From Camelus dromedarius (taxonomy: Eukaryota), in assembly GCF_036321535.1 (NCBI RefSeq), contig NC_087436.1:99078001-99142000 (forward strand): a stretch of DNA of 64,000 bases, given 5' to 3'. Shown piece by piece: positions 52,590 through 64,000 of the stretch. Every line of letters begins with the position of its first letter. Positions within the stretch are counted from its first letter, which is position 1. Made by a program: the position numbers and the translations under genes. Below the pieces are notes generated by a model. The model was not told the origin of the DNA, did no database searches, and worked only from the letters and a program-made list of their open reading frames with translations.

Positions 52590-53020
52590 TAAAACTTCCG
52601 AAAGTGAAATTCTGGCTAAATGTCCTACATTTTCTACATCTGCAACAGACATCTGAATATTGGAAACATCCGGTTTGTTAACGCCATCTGAAGGAAACTC
52701 CAGATGGATGAAAATTTTGTCTGTTACCTGGGAATTATGAAATTTGCCTAAAACAAGAGGGCAAATGCTAATGCTTCCTGATAAGCCTGCCCACTTCAAC
52801 TCACAGCATTTTCCCAACGGTTCTACTCTTATCTAACTCTGGCATGGGTCCAGCCTGTTACAGCTGTGTTTGTCAAATCACCTCTGGGTTTGCAGATTGG
52901 CTTCTTTCCAAGACCTTGTAATCAATGATCCTATCTTTCTATTTAATGTTAAGTATGGCTTATAGGTGCCACTGATGGAACTGTTCAAAAAGTCAGATGT
53001 GACTCTGATAACAGATGAAA
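52590..53020. promoter_or_regulatory. Candidate enhancer: cluster of CAGATG/CATCTG E-boxes
   Basis: catctg at 52637, 52650 and 52685; cagatg at 52701, 52994 and 53012; cagctg at 52861. Also gaaagtgaaa (IRF-like, 52600-52609) and tgataag (GATA, 52779-52785). No repeat recognised. Confidence 0.4.
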
Positions 53021-54963
53021 CATTATCTTTAATTAATGGATCCATGGGAAAAAAAAGAAAATCTCAAACTACAAGCTCTTAATATCCTAGACACAGGCTA
53101 CTTGACACTTGCATTGAAATCCCTTCACTTTGTCTTTTATAGAATAATGCCTTGCCTTTATCTTTTAAATTAAACAATGTATAATGTTCATTGAAGAACA
53201 AAATCATATCACTGTGAAAGTCATGTTCAAAGATACGCTGCAGAATTTTTAAGTGGAGGTACAGAAATTTGTTGAAGTGGACCAAACCAGTTCATAAAAC
53301 TTGTATGTTTTGGATCTTCATGCAATGCTACTGGCAACTTGTAATACATTATTTCCTTTTTTCATGTATAAATAAATTGTAATTACCATTGTGAATTCCT
53401 CTTTAAGGTATGCTTTTTTTGTGCTATCATTATTGTTTTGAGGTGTAGTCAGTTTACATTGTTGTGTCAATTTCTGGTGTACAGCATGATGCTTCAGTCA
53501 TATGTGAATATACATTTATTCGTTTTCATATTCTTTTTCACCATAAGCTATTGCAAGATATCAAATATAGTTCCCTGTGCTATACAGTATAAACCTGTTT
53601 ATCTATTTTATACATACCGGTCAGTATCTTCAAATCTCGATTTCCAATTTATCCCTTCCTAACCCCTTGCCTGGTAACTGTAAGTTTGTTTTCTATGTCT
53701 GTGAGTTTATTTCTGTTTTATATATAAGTTCATTTGGCTTTTTTTTTTTTTTTTTTAGATTTCACATATGAGTAATATCATACGGTATCTTTCTTTTTCT
53801 TTCTGGCTTATATCACTTAGAATGACATTCTCCAGGGTCATCCATGTTGCTGCAAATGGCAATATTTTATCAATTTTTATAGCTAACTAGTATTCCATTC
53901 TATAAATATACCACATCTTCTTTATCCAGTCATCTGTTGATGGACATTTAGGTTGTTTCCATGTCTTGGCTACTGTAAATAGTGCTGCTATGAATATGGG
54001 GGTGCAGGTGTCTTTTTGAATTAAGGTTCCTTCTGTATATATGCCCAGGAGTGGGATTGCTGGATCATATGATATGTCTATTTTTAGTTTTCTGAGGAGT
54101 CTCCATACTGTTTTTCACAATAGCTGCACCGAAGTGCATTCCCACTAATAGGGTAAGAGGGTTCCCTTTTCTCCACATCTACTCCAGCATTTATCATTTG
54201 TAGACTTTTGAATGATGGCCATTCTGACCGGTGTGAGGTGATACCTCATTTGTAGTTTTGATTTCCATTTCTCTTATAATTAGTGATAGTGAGCGTTTCT
54301 TCATATGCCTGTTGGCCATTTGTATGTCTTCATTGGAGAATTGCTTGTTTAGGTCTTCTGCCCATTTTTGGATTTTTTTTTTTATTATTAAGTTGTATGA
54401 GCTGTTTATATATTCTAGAAATCAAGCCCTTGTCAGTCTCAGCTTTTGCAAACATTTTCTCCCATTTCATAGGTTGTTATTTTGTTTTGCTTATGGTTTC
54501 CTTTGCTGTGCAAGAGCTTGTAAGTATAATTAGGTCTCATTTGTTTATTTTTGCTTTTATTTTTATTACTTTGGTAGACTGCTCTAGAACATTGCTGAGA
54601 TGTATGTGAGATGTTTTGCCTACGCTTTCTTCTAGAAGATTTATTCTGTCTTGTCTCATTTTTAGGTCTTTAAAAGCCATTTGGAGTTTATTTTTGTGTA
54701 TGGTGTGAGGAAGTAGTCTAACTTCATTGATTTAAATGCTGCTGTCCAGATTTCCCAACACCATTTGCTGAAGAGACTCTTTTATTGTATGTTCTTGTCT
54801 CCTTTGTCAAAGGTTAAATGACCAAAAGTCTGTGAGTTTATATCTGGGGTCTCTATTCTGTTCCATTGATCCATATGTCTGTTTTTGTACCAATACCATG
54901 CTGTTTTGATTACTGTAGCTCTGTAGTATTGTCTGAAGTCTGGGAGGGTTATCCCTTCAGCTT

Positions 54964-55520
54964 AGGGGGATGCAATGTTCTGAAAACATCAACCAAGTGC
55001 AAGAGTTCTATTGTATCATTTAGTTTCTCTGTTGCCTTATTAATGTTCTCCCGGGAAGATCTGTCCAGTGATGTTAATGGGGTGTTAAAGTCTCCTACTA
55101 TGATTGTGTTCCCATCAATTTCTCCCTTTATATCTGTTAGTATTTGCTTTATGTATTTAGGTGCTCCTACATTGGGTGCATATCTGTTAATGAATGTAAT
55201 ATCCTCATCTTATATTGCTCCTTTAATCATTATATAGTGTCCTTTTTTATCTTTCTTTATGGCTTTTCTTTTAAAGTCTATTTTGTCTGAAATCAGTGTT
55301 CCTACTCCTGCTTTCTTGTCATTTCCACTTGCATGGGGTATCTTTTTTCCATCCTTTCACTTTCAATCTATGTGTGTCCTTCTCCCTAAAGTGGGTCTTT
55401 CATATGCAGCATATTGTAGGTTCTTGTTTTATTATCCAGTCTGCAACTTTGTCTTTTGATTGGAGCATTTAGTCCATTGACATTTACAGTAATTATTGAT
55501 AGATGTGTGTTAATTGCCAT
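54964..55520 (-). pseudogene. L1 ORF2 endonuclease-domain remnant
   Basis: Sense atggcaattaacacacatctatcaataattactgtaaatgtcaatggactaaatgctccaatcaaaaga gives MAINTHLSIITVNVNGLNAPIKR. Motifs YAPN, IVGDFNTPL and DVFRTLHP are present up to the junction. Confidence 0.92.
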
Positions 55521-55912
55521 TTTGAACTTAGTTTTGCAGTTGATTTAGTATTTCCTCTTTGTTCCTTTCTTTTTCTTTTTGTTGTTTGATCAGTTTTCCT
55601 TTGTATTATCTTGGTTTCTTTTTAGTTTTTGTGACTCTGTTGTAAGCTTTTGGCTTGTGGTTACCCTGTTTTGTACATATATCAACCCATTAGTATGTTT
55701 GTTTTAAACTTATAGAAATATAAGCTCAAATATATTCTACAGAGAACAACAACAAAAAAGGACAAAACTCTATATTTTCTTGTTCCCCTCTCCCACCCTT
55801 AATGATTTCAATGTTTCCTTTTACAACTTTGTGTTTATTCTGTTGTAATTCATTGTAGTTATCGCCTTTCCAATCATTTTCTCCTTTCTGTTGCATCCTG
55901 CTTCTTTTCTAC

Positions 55913-56830
55913 TTAGAGTAGAATTTACAATATTTCTTTTAGCATAGATTTAGTGTTGCTAAATTCTTTTAGTTTTTGTTTGTCTGTGAAGGTGTTTTTT
56001 TGTTTTGTTTTGTTTTTTTAAATCTCTCCTTCTATTCTAAAGAATAGCCTTGCTGGATAAAGAATCCTAGGTTTCATCTATTTTTCTCATTCAGGACTTT
56101 GAATATATATTGCCACTCCCTTCTGGCCTGCAGTACTTGTGTAGAGAAATCAGCTGAAAGCTTTATGGGGGTTCCCTTGTAACTAACTTTTTGTTTTTCT
56201 CTTGCTGCCTTTAGAATCTTTTCTTTATCTTTAACCCTGGCCATCCTGATTATAATATGTCTTGGTGGGGGTCTGTTTGGGTTCTTCTTGTTTGGGACCC
56301 TCTGTGCTTCCTGTACTTGTATACCTGATTTCTTCTTTAGGTTTGCAAAGTTTTCAGTCATGATTTCTTCAAATATCTTTTCAATCCCCTTTGCTCTTTC
56401 TTCTCCTTCTGGGATCCCTACTATGCATAGGTTGGCACACTTTATATTATCCCATAGGTTCCTTATATTGTTTTCATTGGTTTTTATTTTTTTCTCTCTG
56501 GTGTTCTGATTGGGTGATTTCTGTTGTCCTGTCTTCTAAGTAACTTATTTGTTCCTCTGCATTATCTAGCCTGTTTTTTACAGCCTTTAGCTCAGCTCTC
56601 ATCTCCACAAATGAGTTTTCTATTTTTAATTGGCTCCTCTTTATAGTTTAAATTTCCTTTTTGATTTTTTCTCTGTCTCTATTCACAATCTCTTTTAGTT
56701 CCTTCAGTTCTTTGATCACTACTTTTTTGAAATCATGATCTACTAGACTTTCTAGGTCTATTTCATTGATCATTCTTTCAGGGGATTTCTCTTACTGTTT
56801 TAATTGGGAGTGGTTCCTCTGCTTCTTCAT
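55913..56830 (-). pseudogene. L1 ORF1p remnant (disrupted by stops and frameshifts)
   Basis: ATG at 56830 (MKKQRNHSQLK). Track peptide MTENFANLKK...QVQEAQRVPNKKNPNRPPPRHIIIRMARVKDKEKILKAAREKQKVSYKGTPIKLSADFS...ARREW is the ORF1p RRM/CTD region. Stop near 55913. Confidence 0.92.
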
Positions 56831-57679
56831 TTTACTTAGATTTCTGTGACACTGTGGATTATGGAGTATCAGTTATCTACTGTGGGTTTGTTTGTTTGTT
56901 TATAGCAGAGACAGAAATAAAACAGATTTGTGGCAAATTTTGTCTTTTGAAGAAGGTGATGTTCTGTCAAAGTTCAGCAGGTGTTCTGAGTGGATGGGTG
57001 GGTCCATGGATGTTACTGTTGGTGTATTTGTGGGAGAGGGTGAGCTATGAGCATCCTTCTACTCTGCCATCTTGGTTGCCCCTCAGGCATGCTTTTAAAA
57101 AATGTGTGTTAAAGTTTTTGCAGACATATAAACCAAGTTGGTGTTTTAATTGGTGACAGCCCAAAACAATTCAGCTGATATACCTCTTAAATTAGTGTAT
57201 CTTTAGTTCATGATGGATTATTGTATGGACTAACATGTACAAAAACATATATTTTTATATATACCATTACTATATATGTTTAAATTATATACCTATCTAT
57301 ATGTGCACACAGCTATATATATGTGTGTATATATATATTTAGTTATTGTGAAAGATAAGGCATTTTATTTCCTTAAAAAAATCATCCTCCAATAGTTTAA
57401 TATATATCAAAATATTTTAAAACATATTATCTTACTTCAAGGAGATAAAGATTTAAAATTGACAATATTCATCTTGAGTTTGCATTTATGCTCTTTAACT
57501 GGAAAGCATAATTTGGTAGCCTGTTCTTGACTGGACAGTTTAGAATTGGTTTAGAATTACTAACCTACTTTGCTATTTAACTTGTTGTAATTGTGTATGG
57601 ACTCAGGTTACAGAAGCAGGAATAAAGTAAAATTGTCAAATGCAAGGGATATGAGGATGTATAAGTAATAGAACAGATT

Positions 57680-58050
57680 ATGTGTTATATGAAGGTGAAG
57701 AATAAGGGAAAATAAATAGTGACTCTCAAGGTTCAAGTTTCAGAATACAATGGTAACATTTGTTGAAACAAGTGACAAGAAATATAGGTAGATTACTTTA
57801 ATCAAATAAGATGATCTTGATGTTAGAGACATTGATATTTACCTGCTGTACATCCAATGAGAAATGTACAATAAAAAGTTGACTCTATAAGTTAGAATCT
57901 GAAGTGAATGGTCTTAGAGATTTATTTTGTGTGGGGGGGTGGTAATCAGGAGAGTAGATGAGAGCATTCCAGGGAGAGTATATAGAGTTAGAAGAGAAGA
58001 AGAGACTAAATTAGTACACAGAGGACTGACAATGTGTAAGAATATTACCA
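57680..58050 (-). mobile_element. L2 internal fragment
   Basis: 'gtgactctcaaggttcaagttt...gacattgatatttacctgctgtacatccaatgagaaatgt...gagtagatgagagcattccagggagagtatatagagttagaagagaag'. Confidence 0.6.
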
Positions 58051-58554
58051 GGAAACGATCCATCATCCCTGTTGGCTATAACATTACTGAAATATGACAG
58101 AAGGCATGCTCTTGGATAATCATACCATCTCTTGTCAAAGTGAAATTGAATGAGCAAGATAAACTGACATATTGTGAGACCAAATGACAGTGACTAAGTA
58201 CTGACCATTCACTGAAATGCTTCATCCAATTACTTATTGTATACAAGGGGTAGAGTGACCTTTTGAATGAGACTACCTGTGGTAGAATGGCTTACATCTG
58301 AAAGCTTCCTTTTCTTTAAACTTCACAGAGGTGAAGGAAAGATTTCAATACTTTAAAAAAGTAGAGCTTGCTATCAGACATAAATAGCTACTGATCAGAG
58401 GAGCTGAGAGTCTATACTTTAAAAATACGCTAGATTAATTAAATGCTCTTATTCTGATTCACAGAAGTCATTACTTAAATATGTCAATTATTTGGCTGGA
58501 ATTTTTGAGGAAGAAGTGATTATATCTTATTTTCACCACATTTTCTTTGCTTTT

Positions 58555-58825
58555 TTAAACAAATATTTATTATTCTAGGCATTCTGCTAGGCCCTGCGGA
58601 GGAACAGATGGATAATAAAGGTTCCTGATATTCGCGATTATTGTCTAGCCAAAGAGACATTAATGTGTATAGCTAATTAAAATGCAACATGGCAGATTCT
58701 ATAATAAAGGTATGTACAATTGTTTTATTGCAAGTATAAACTCCTTGAGAGTAGGGATCAGCCTATTCATCATTACATTTGCAGCAATAAACATAATGTT
58801 TGAATAGGTACTTAATATGTAGCAA
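58555..58825. mobile_element. L2 3' end fragments (minus about 58555-58715; plus about 58730-58825)
   Basis: 'aacaaatatttattattctaggcattctgctaggccctg' and 'gtataaactccttgagagtagggatca...gaataggtacttaata'. Confidence 0.55.
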
Positions 58826-59274
58826 TATCTTTATATCCCATCTTGTTCAAATGAGTATCTAATTCAATTTAGAAGGATACTTATAACAGAATAGCATAAA
58901 ACAAAAGTGGGACAATAGAGGAGTAGAAAAAAAGGGATATAAAATGAATACAGAAATGAGACCAGCTTTGAACACTTTAATGACCTTTGACTTCACACTT
59001 AATTCTTCACATAAATAAATGCATTACTAAACAGGATTATGTTATTACTTGGGTGTTAATATTTCAGAAACATTGAGAAATACTGAAAAAGTATTTAAAG
59101 AAAGAGTAGATGTTTTTCAGGTGGAGATGTGATAAGGGTAGTCCAGGCAGAAAGGATTTCACTTTGAACAGATGTAGATAAATGGAGTAGCGTGGATAGT
59201 CAAAGACAAAGAAAAAAGAGATATATTAGGAGCAGACTGGAAAGCTCTCATGTACATGGGAAAAGATCTGCCAT

Positions 59275-59670
59275 TGTTATCAGCTGAATCATATCTCTTC
59301 CAAATTCCTATGTTGAAGTCCTGATTCACACAGTAGCTCACAATGTGACCTTATTTGGAGATAGAGACTTTAAAGAGGTAATAAGGTGAAACAAAGTCAT
59401 TCAGGTGGGCTGTAATCCAATATGACTGATGTCCTTATAAATAGAGGAGATTAGGACATAGACAACACACAGATCAAGGGATGATCATGTGAGGACACAT
59501 TTAGAAGTCAGCCATCTTTAAACTAACTAGAGTGCCTTAGGGAAAAAATAAGCCTGCTGACAATTTGATCTTGGACTTCTACCCTCTGGAACCAAGAGAA
59601 AATGAATTTCTGTGGTTTCATCTACCCAGCTGTGGTAATTCTGTTATGGCAGCCCTAGTAAACTAATATA
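59275..59670 (+). mobile_element. MaLR solo LTR (MLT1A/B-like), inside an L2 remnant
   Basis: 'tgttatcagctgaat...aaattcctatgttgaagtcct...aatgtgaccttatttggagatagagactttaaagaggtaa...aatccaatatgactgatgtccttataa...ttgatcttggacttct...tgttatggcagccctagtaaactaatata'. Confidence 0.92.
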
Positions 59671-62600
59671 ATTACCAAGGAAATGGGGCTACCAGCAGAG
59701 TTTTATGAAGATTAATTACACAGACAATGTGGAATATGAGCTAGACTAAAAAGAGATTGAGAAGAATGCCTGAGTGTAGGGTAAAAAATTAAGTACTAAC
59801 CTAAACTCACTTCCATTCTAATGGGAACAGAAAGAAGAAGTCAGATTTCAGAAATAATTTTGAGGTATAATTAATTGCCTGAAAATTTTGGTAGAGATGG
59901 ATTTCAGTTACAAGGAAGTGTTACTCCATAGATTCTAAATTGCAAAACTGAGTTGAAGGCATTAACCAACACCAGAAATAAATGAGTTTAGATGATGTAT
60001 TTTTTTCAATTTTTAGTTTTGAATATGTGTGTCTGTTTGTGTCATAGGGAATATAGCAATGAGATCAGTTTTAGATATATTACACTTAAGGAGTCTTTCA
60101 GAATTTTCCTAAACTTCTTCAACTAATATAAAATAAGGGTCTAACCTTGGAAAAACTGTCTTGTTAGACTTTCTGATCAAGAAAATGTAGAAATGAAATG
60201 AAAGATGAGCAATCCATGAATTTGGGACTGACACTATATGCTTATTAGAAGAAATCCACAAATTCTTCCCTCCTCACATATACTTATGGTCTAGTATCTT
60301 CTTGAAATTGACTTTTCTCACAGTTTGACAGTCTTACTCCATGTGCCATGAATAATAAAAGATGGCACCATTATCACCCAAAAGTCACTATTAAAATGCA
60401 CATGTGAGTTGTTTATGAGAAGCATGCGATCTCTCTCACAATCTTAAGATATGATTAGCTCTGTTAATCTTTTCCTTAAAACGTAGAAAAGAACCATACA
60501 GAGCAATGGGGTTTCCGTGTTTGTGCCTAGAAAACAGAACAAAAAAATCTTCCAAAGAAAACATTGACTGGCTTGCATCAACAGCACCAAGCTATGGTTT
60601 GCTTGACATAAAGGAAGCACTCAATAAAGGCTTACTGAATTAATGTAGTATACTCTTGATCTTTGACTCAAAGCACTTAGGCAGAGGAAAATGAGTGATT
60701 CCCTGAATACACAATTTTATATCTCTAAGAAAGAACAAGGTTAGTTATGCAAACCTAATTATTTCCTATCCCTGATAGAAACACCATAGCATTAGGAATG
60801 CATTCGTATTTAAACCCATTAGTGGCCATAATGCAAAGGTCCCAAAGAATGTGTTTGTGGAATAAAATAGTTTCTAAGTCTTCCTTTCTTAAAATCACAG
60901 TGTTGACACTACTGTCAGGAAAACATATCTTAGAAGGGAACTCTGAGATATTCCTCAATATCTATTTCCATGCTTATCATAGAAAGTCCACATTTTAAAA
61001 ATAATTTTTCCTGAGAATTGTAGATGATGAGTCAAGCCAGCAAAGGCAGCCATGGAAAAACATTGCTCCATGAGCCCAGCTCCTAAAAGGAAGTCAAGGG
61101 GGAGCTAATAAGAGTAAACCAGCAGCTCTAATGAGAAATGTAGTATCTCTCCTGTATACTCTTTTGATTCAGGTTGTATTTTAGTGGGAAATTGTGGGGG
61201 AAGTCTAAACCTATTTATGGGAGGCAGACACTTTGTTTAAGGAGTGTAAGGAAATCAAGTACAGAGAGAAGATGGGAAAAGATTCTAAAGGAATGACATT
61301 AGAAAATCCTTTTGGAGGCACAGGCTTTGGAAGACCCAGTAGTTCAGGGAAATGATTTGCAAGGTTGAATCAAAACATTTTAATTATAGTGATATTATGG
61401 TCCTGACTTAATTTTTTCCTGAGAAAATGAACAATTATATGATTTTGAACATTCTAATTTTTCCACAGGAACTGGATAAAGCTTTCTTCAAATGAATTTC
61501 TTCATTCACCAACAACGTCGTTAACAAAACAATGCCAGAAAAATGGCTAAATAGCATATATGTGAACAATATTTGTAGATTAACCTAATGCAGCCACCAA
61601 GGAATCCTGCCATAAAGCAAAGATAGGGCTCGAAAAACTGTTTCAAAATATGAACATCTTGTGATAGATTTAAACTGATTCAGATATATCACCTGTATGA
61701 AATTACAGTAATAATAATTATAAAAAATTATCTATATGGTATAACCTATTCCATCTGACAGAGTATTTTGTCTAACTTGACGATGATCTTTTTCTCAAAT
61801 TCAAGAATTCTCTCATTTAAGAGGAAAGGGTTACGAGCTATAATTTATAACTTACCGTTTCACTACATGATATAAAATGTTCAAAAACATTATGAAAATG
61901 TTTAAGGGACTATATTCACAATAATTACATAGCCATGATTTTAAATCAAGTTCTTATTTTAAAAGCGTAAGGTTATACTTGTGGTTGAGTTATTCTAGAC
62001 ACTAACTTCAAATTTTATTCTGTATTATACAAGTCAAAAATATTTAATTTATTGTTAGAACTCTGGGAAAATGGCTAAATCAGGATATAAACATAATTTT
62101 TTTGGGTGATTCTAAATTGGGACAAGTTAACAAAGAAAGCAAAAATAATGTCATACAGCCGCACCAAAACAGGGCAGAGATACAGAAAAGGTTGTACAAA
62201 CTCAGAGTCAGCCTGCAAAAATGCAAAACACATAAAGCATCTGGAAGAGATAACCTAGCACATTCAAGGAGCAGATAAAACTTGTATTCAGTACAAAAGG
62301 GACCCTGGGTAATGATAGAAGGTAAATTATATACAAGCTTGCATTGCAATGTGGCAATAGAAATGATTGAGTTATTTTGTAATTTCTTGAAGCAGAAATC
62401 TCATTCAAGAACATACAGGTGATAACTCTTCTTCCCTCTCACTAGAAAAACCTCATTCTCAAACATTCACTGTATTTTCAATTAAAAATTATGGTAAAAT
62501 AGTTGTGGTAGATTCCAGTGGGTCAACAGAAATTATTAGGTACACTGACAAAACATTCATAAGAGAATATAGAAAATCTGATCATATTAGGTTAGAACAG

Positions 62601-64000
62601 GATACAATCATTTTTTTGATTTCTGGAACACAATTGGGGAAATTGAATATATACAGTCAAGAAGAACTTTACATGGAGCAAAGCTAAGAAGAGAGGGCTA
62701 AAACTACTAAAGAAAATAAAACAGACAATTAGAATTTGCCAAATTACATAACAGGTTTCCAGAAGATGTAGAATAAAGTTTCATTATAATTTTAGAAAAG
62801 GTATTTCTCCTGGTATTTCTACTTTTGTACAGTAGAAAGGTCCACTGAATTCTTAGGTAATTTCTGAATGTGATTTTCCTCTTTCTTTAGGAGGTCAGAT
62901 AGGGAATTTATTCTTACTTGTGTTTTATTGTATCTTTTAATCTTCTCCAAAGTGATACACTCCATACTCCTGGAAAACTTCCATGAATTAAGGTCAATTG
63001 TAGAAACTAAGGGAATTTTCTATGTAGAAAGACAAAGTATACTGGGCAGGATCAGACACTTATGTAATAAGTTGTTAATTATTTGACAATCAAAATCCCT
63101 GACAAAATTCATTATTCTAGAAATTATAGTACCTAAAGTTTTATTTGCTGACACTTTATAAAGAAATATAGATAGATAAAAGGTATTGATATGGGTTTCC
63201 CCTGGATTACAGAGACAGAATATAAAAAGATAAGTAGAATCACATAAACGCAGATTCTACAAACTTCTATTCAAGGACAATTCAGCATCAGGATAAGGTA
63301 TCACTCTAGAGTTACAAGTTTTAGACAGTCCAAAAATCGTATCATAACCCCAAGGTGAGATACAAAAATCACTCAAAGTCTAGGGTCAAAAGCCTGAAGT
63401 GACACTGACATGTAAGAATTTTGAAGATGACTTTGGTTTGGATGACTGTTGTGGCCATTTGGGGTTTGAATACATATCAGGTTTAAGATTTCTCTGAAGT
63501 TTATCCACTGAAACATCCACTAAAATAACCCACTGCTCTTCACAGACACATTGCACAGGACCAAAGACAGAGAGTAAAAAATTCCAGTCTTAATCCTTCA
63601 TCATTCCTTCATCATCATCCATATGATGGATGTGCCTTTCCATTTTTAAAAGAAGATAAGCATTTTTTAAACAATTATGAAAGTATTTTACTGGCCTTTT
63701 CATCACTTTAAACTTCTTTAAAAAACATAATATAAAACAACATGATTTTTGAACCATGAAGTTTTGTGAATACTAGTTAATCTGATTTAATGGTATGAAG
63801 CTTAAGAAAAAATACATATTTGCTTGAAATTAAGTATTTTTTTCCTGTTGCTCATTTGATTCTTTTTAAAAAATGTTTTCTTATAAACAAAGTATTTATA
63901 TGTGTTTCTTAAAACTACTATTGTAAATCACGGAGAAAAAAAAAGAACATATGTATTATAGTAGTAAGAATTCAGAAATCAAAACTGTATAAACAGATCT

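Larger units (their letters stand above)
53418..57081 (-). mobile_element. L1 with both termini and TSD but internally deleted (about 3.66 kb): short 5'UTR, ORF1, spacer, ORF2 EN fused to ORF2 C-terminal part, 3'UTR
   Basis: Sense 5' end gggcaaccaagatggcagagtagaagga (YY1-type motif). TSD aggtatgctttt (53406-53417) and aggcatgctttt (57085-57096), followed by aaaa, giving a TTTT/AA endonuclease site. Internal junction at about 54963/54964. Confidence 0.93.

Noticed and set aside
52539..52817. 92-aa minus-strand ORF in the unique island as a coding exon
   Set aside because: Non-ATG start, no recognisable domain and no convincing splice context. It cannot be fully excluded without RNA or conservation data.
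54258..55459. Cluster of plus-strand ORFs (91-123 aa, Cys/Phe-rich)
   Set aside because: These are antisense readings of L1 ORF2, a common artefact.
1..64000. Inferring a host gene and its direction from L1/LTR orientation bias
   Set aside because: The young L1s lie on both strands (four plus, three minus) and no exon was recognised, so intronic versus intergenic cannot be decided.

Overview
AT-rich, CpG-depleted mammalian (eutherian) non-coding DNA, either intergenic or deep intronic. I recognise no host protein-coding exon, RNA gene, CRISPR array or prokaryotic feature. The window is a layered transposon graveyard. It holds a degraded ERVL provirus with readable RT, RNase H and integrase remnants (about 0.9-6.2 kb), an ERV1/MER4-group LTR plus internal region (about 16.7-21.5 kb), several MaLR, ERVL and ERV1 solo LTRs, hAT fossils, MIR and L2 fragments, and seven younger L1 insertions, most with readable target-site duplications (TSDs). 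A tRNA-derived SINE of the camelid Vic-1 type suggests a camelid genome (inference). The most notable items are: (1) a TSD-flanked L1 of about 3.66 kb that keeps both termini but lacks the whole RT region and has a very short, possibly spliced 5'UTR; (2) a twin-primed, 5'-inverted L1 with a 44-bp internal duplication; (3) repeat-free islands with clustered transcription-factor motifs (E-box cluster at 52.6-53.0 kb, RFX/PBX-HOX at 14.0-14.6 kb, paired octamers at 24.1 kb). I cannot support a genuinely new biological system. Repeat family names come from remembered consensus sequences, not from a search, and the boundaries of old elements are approximate.
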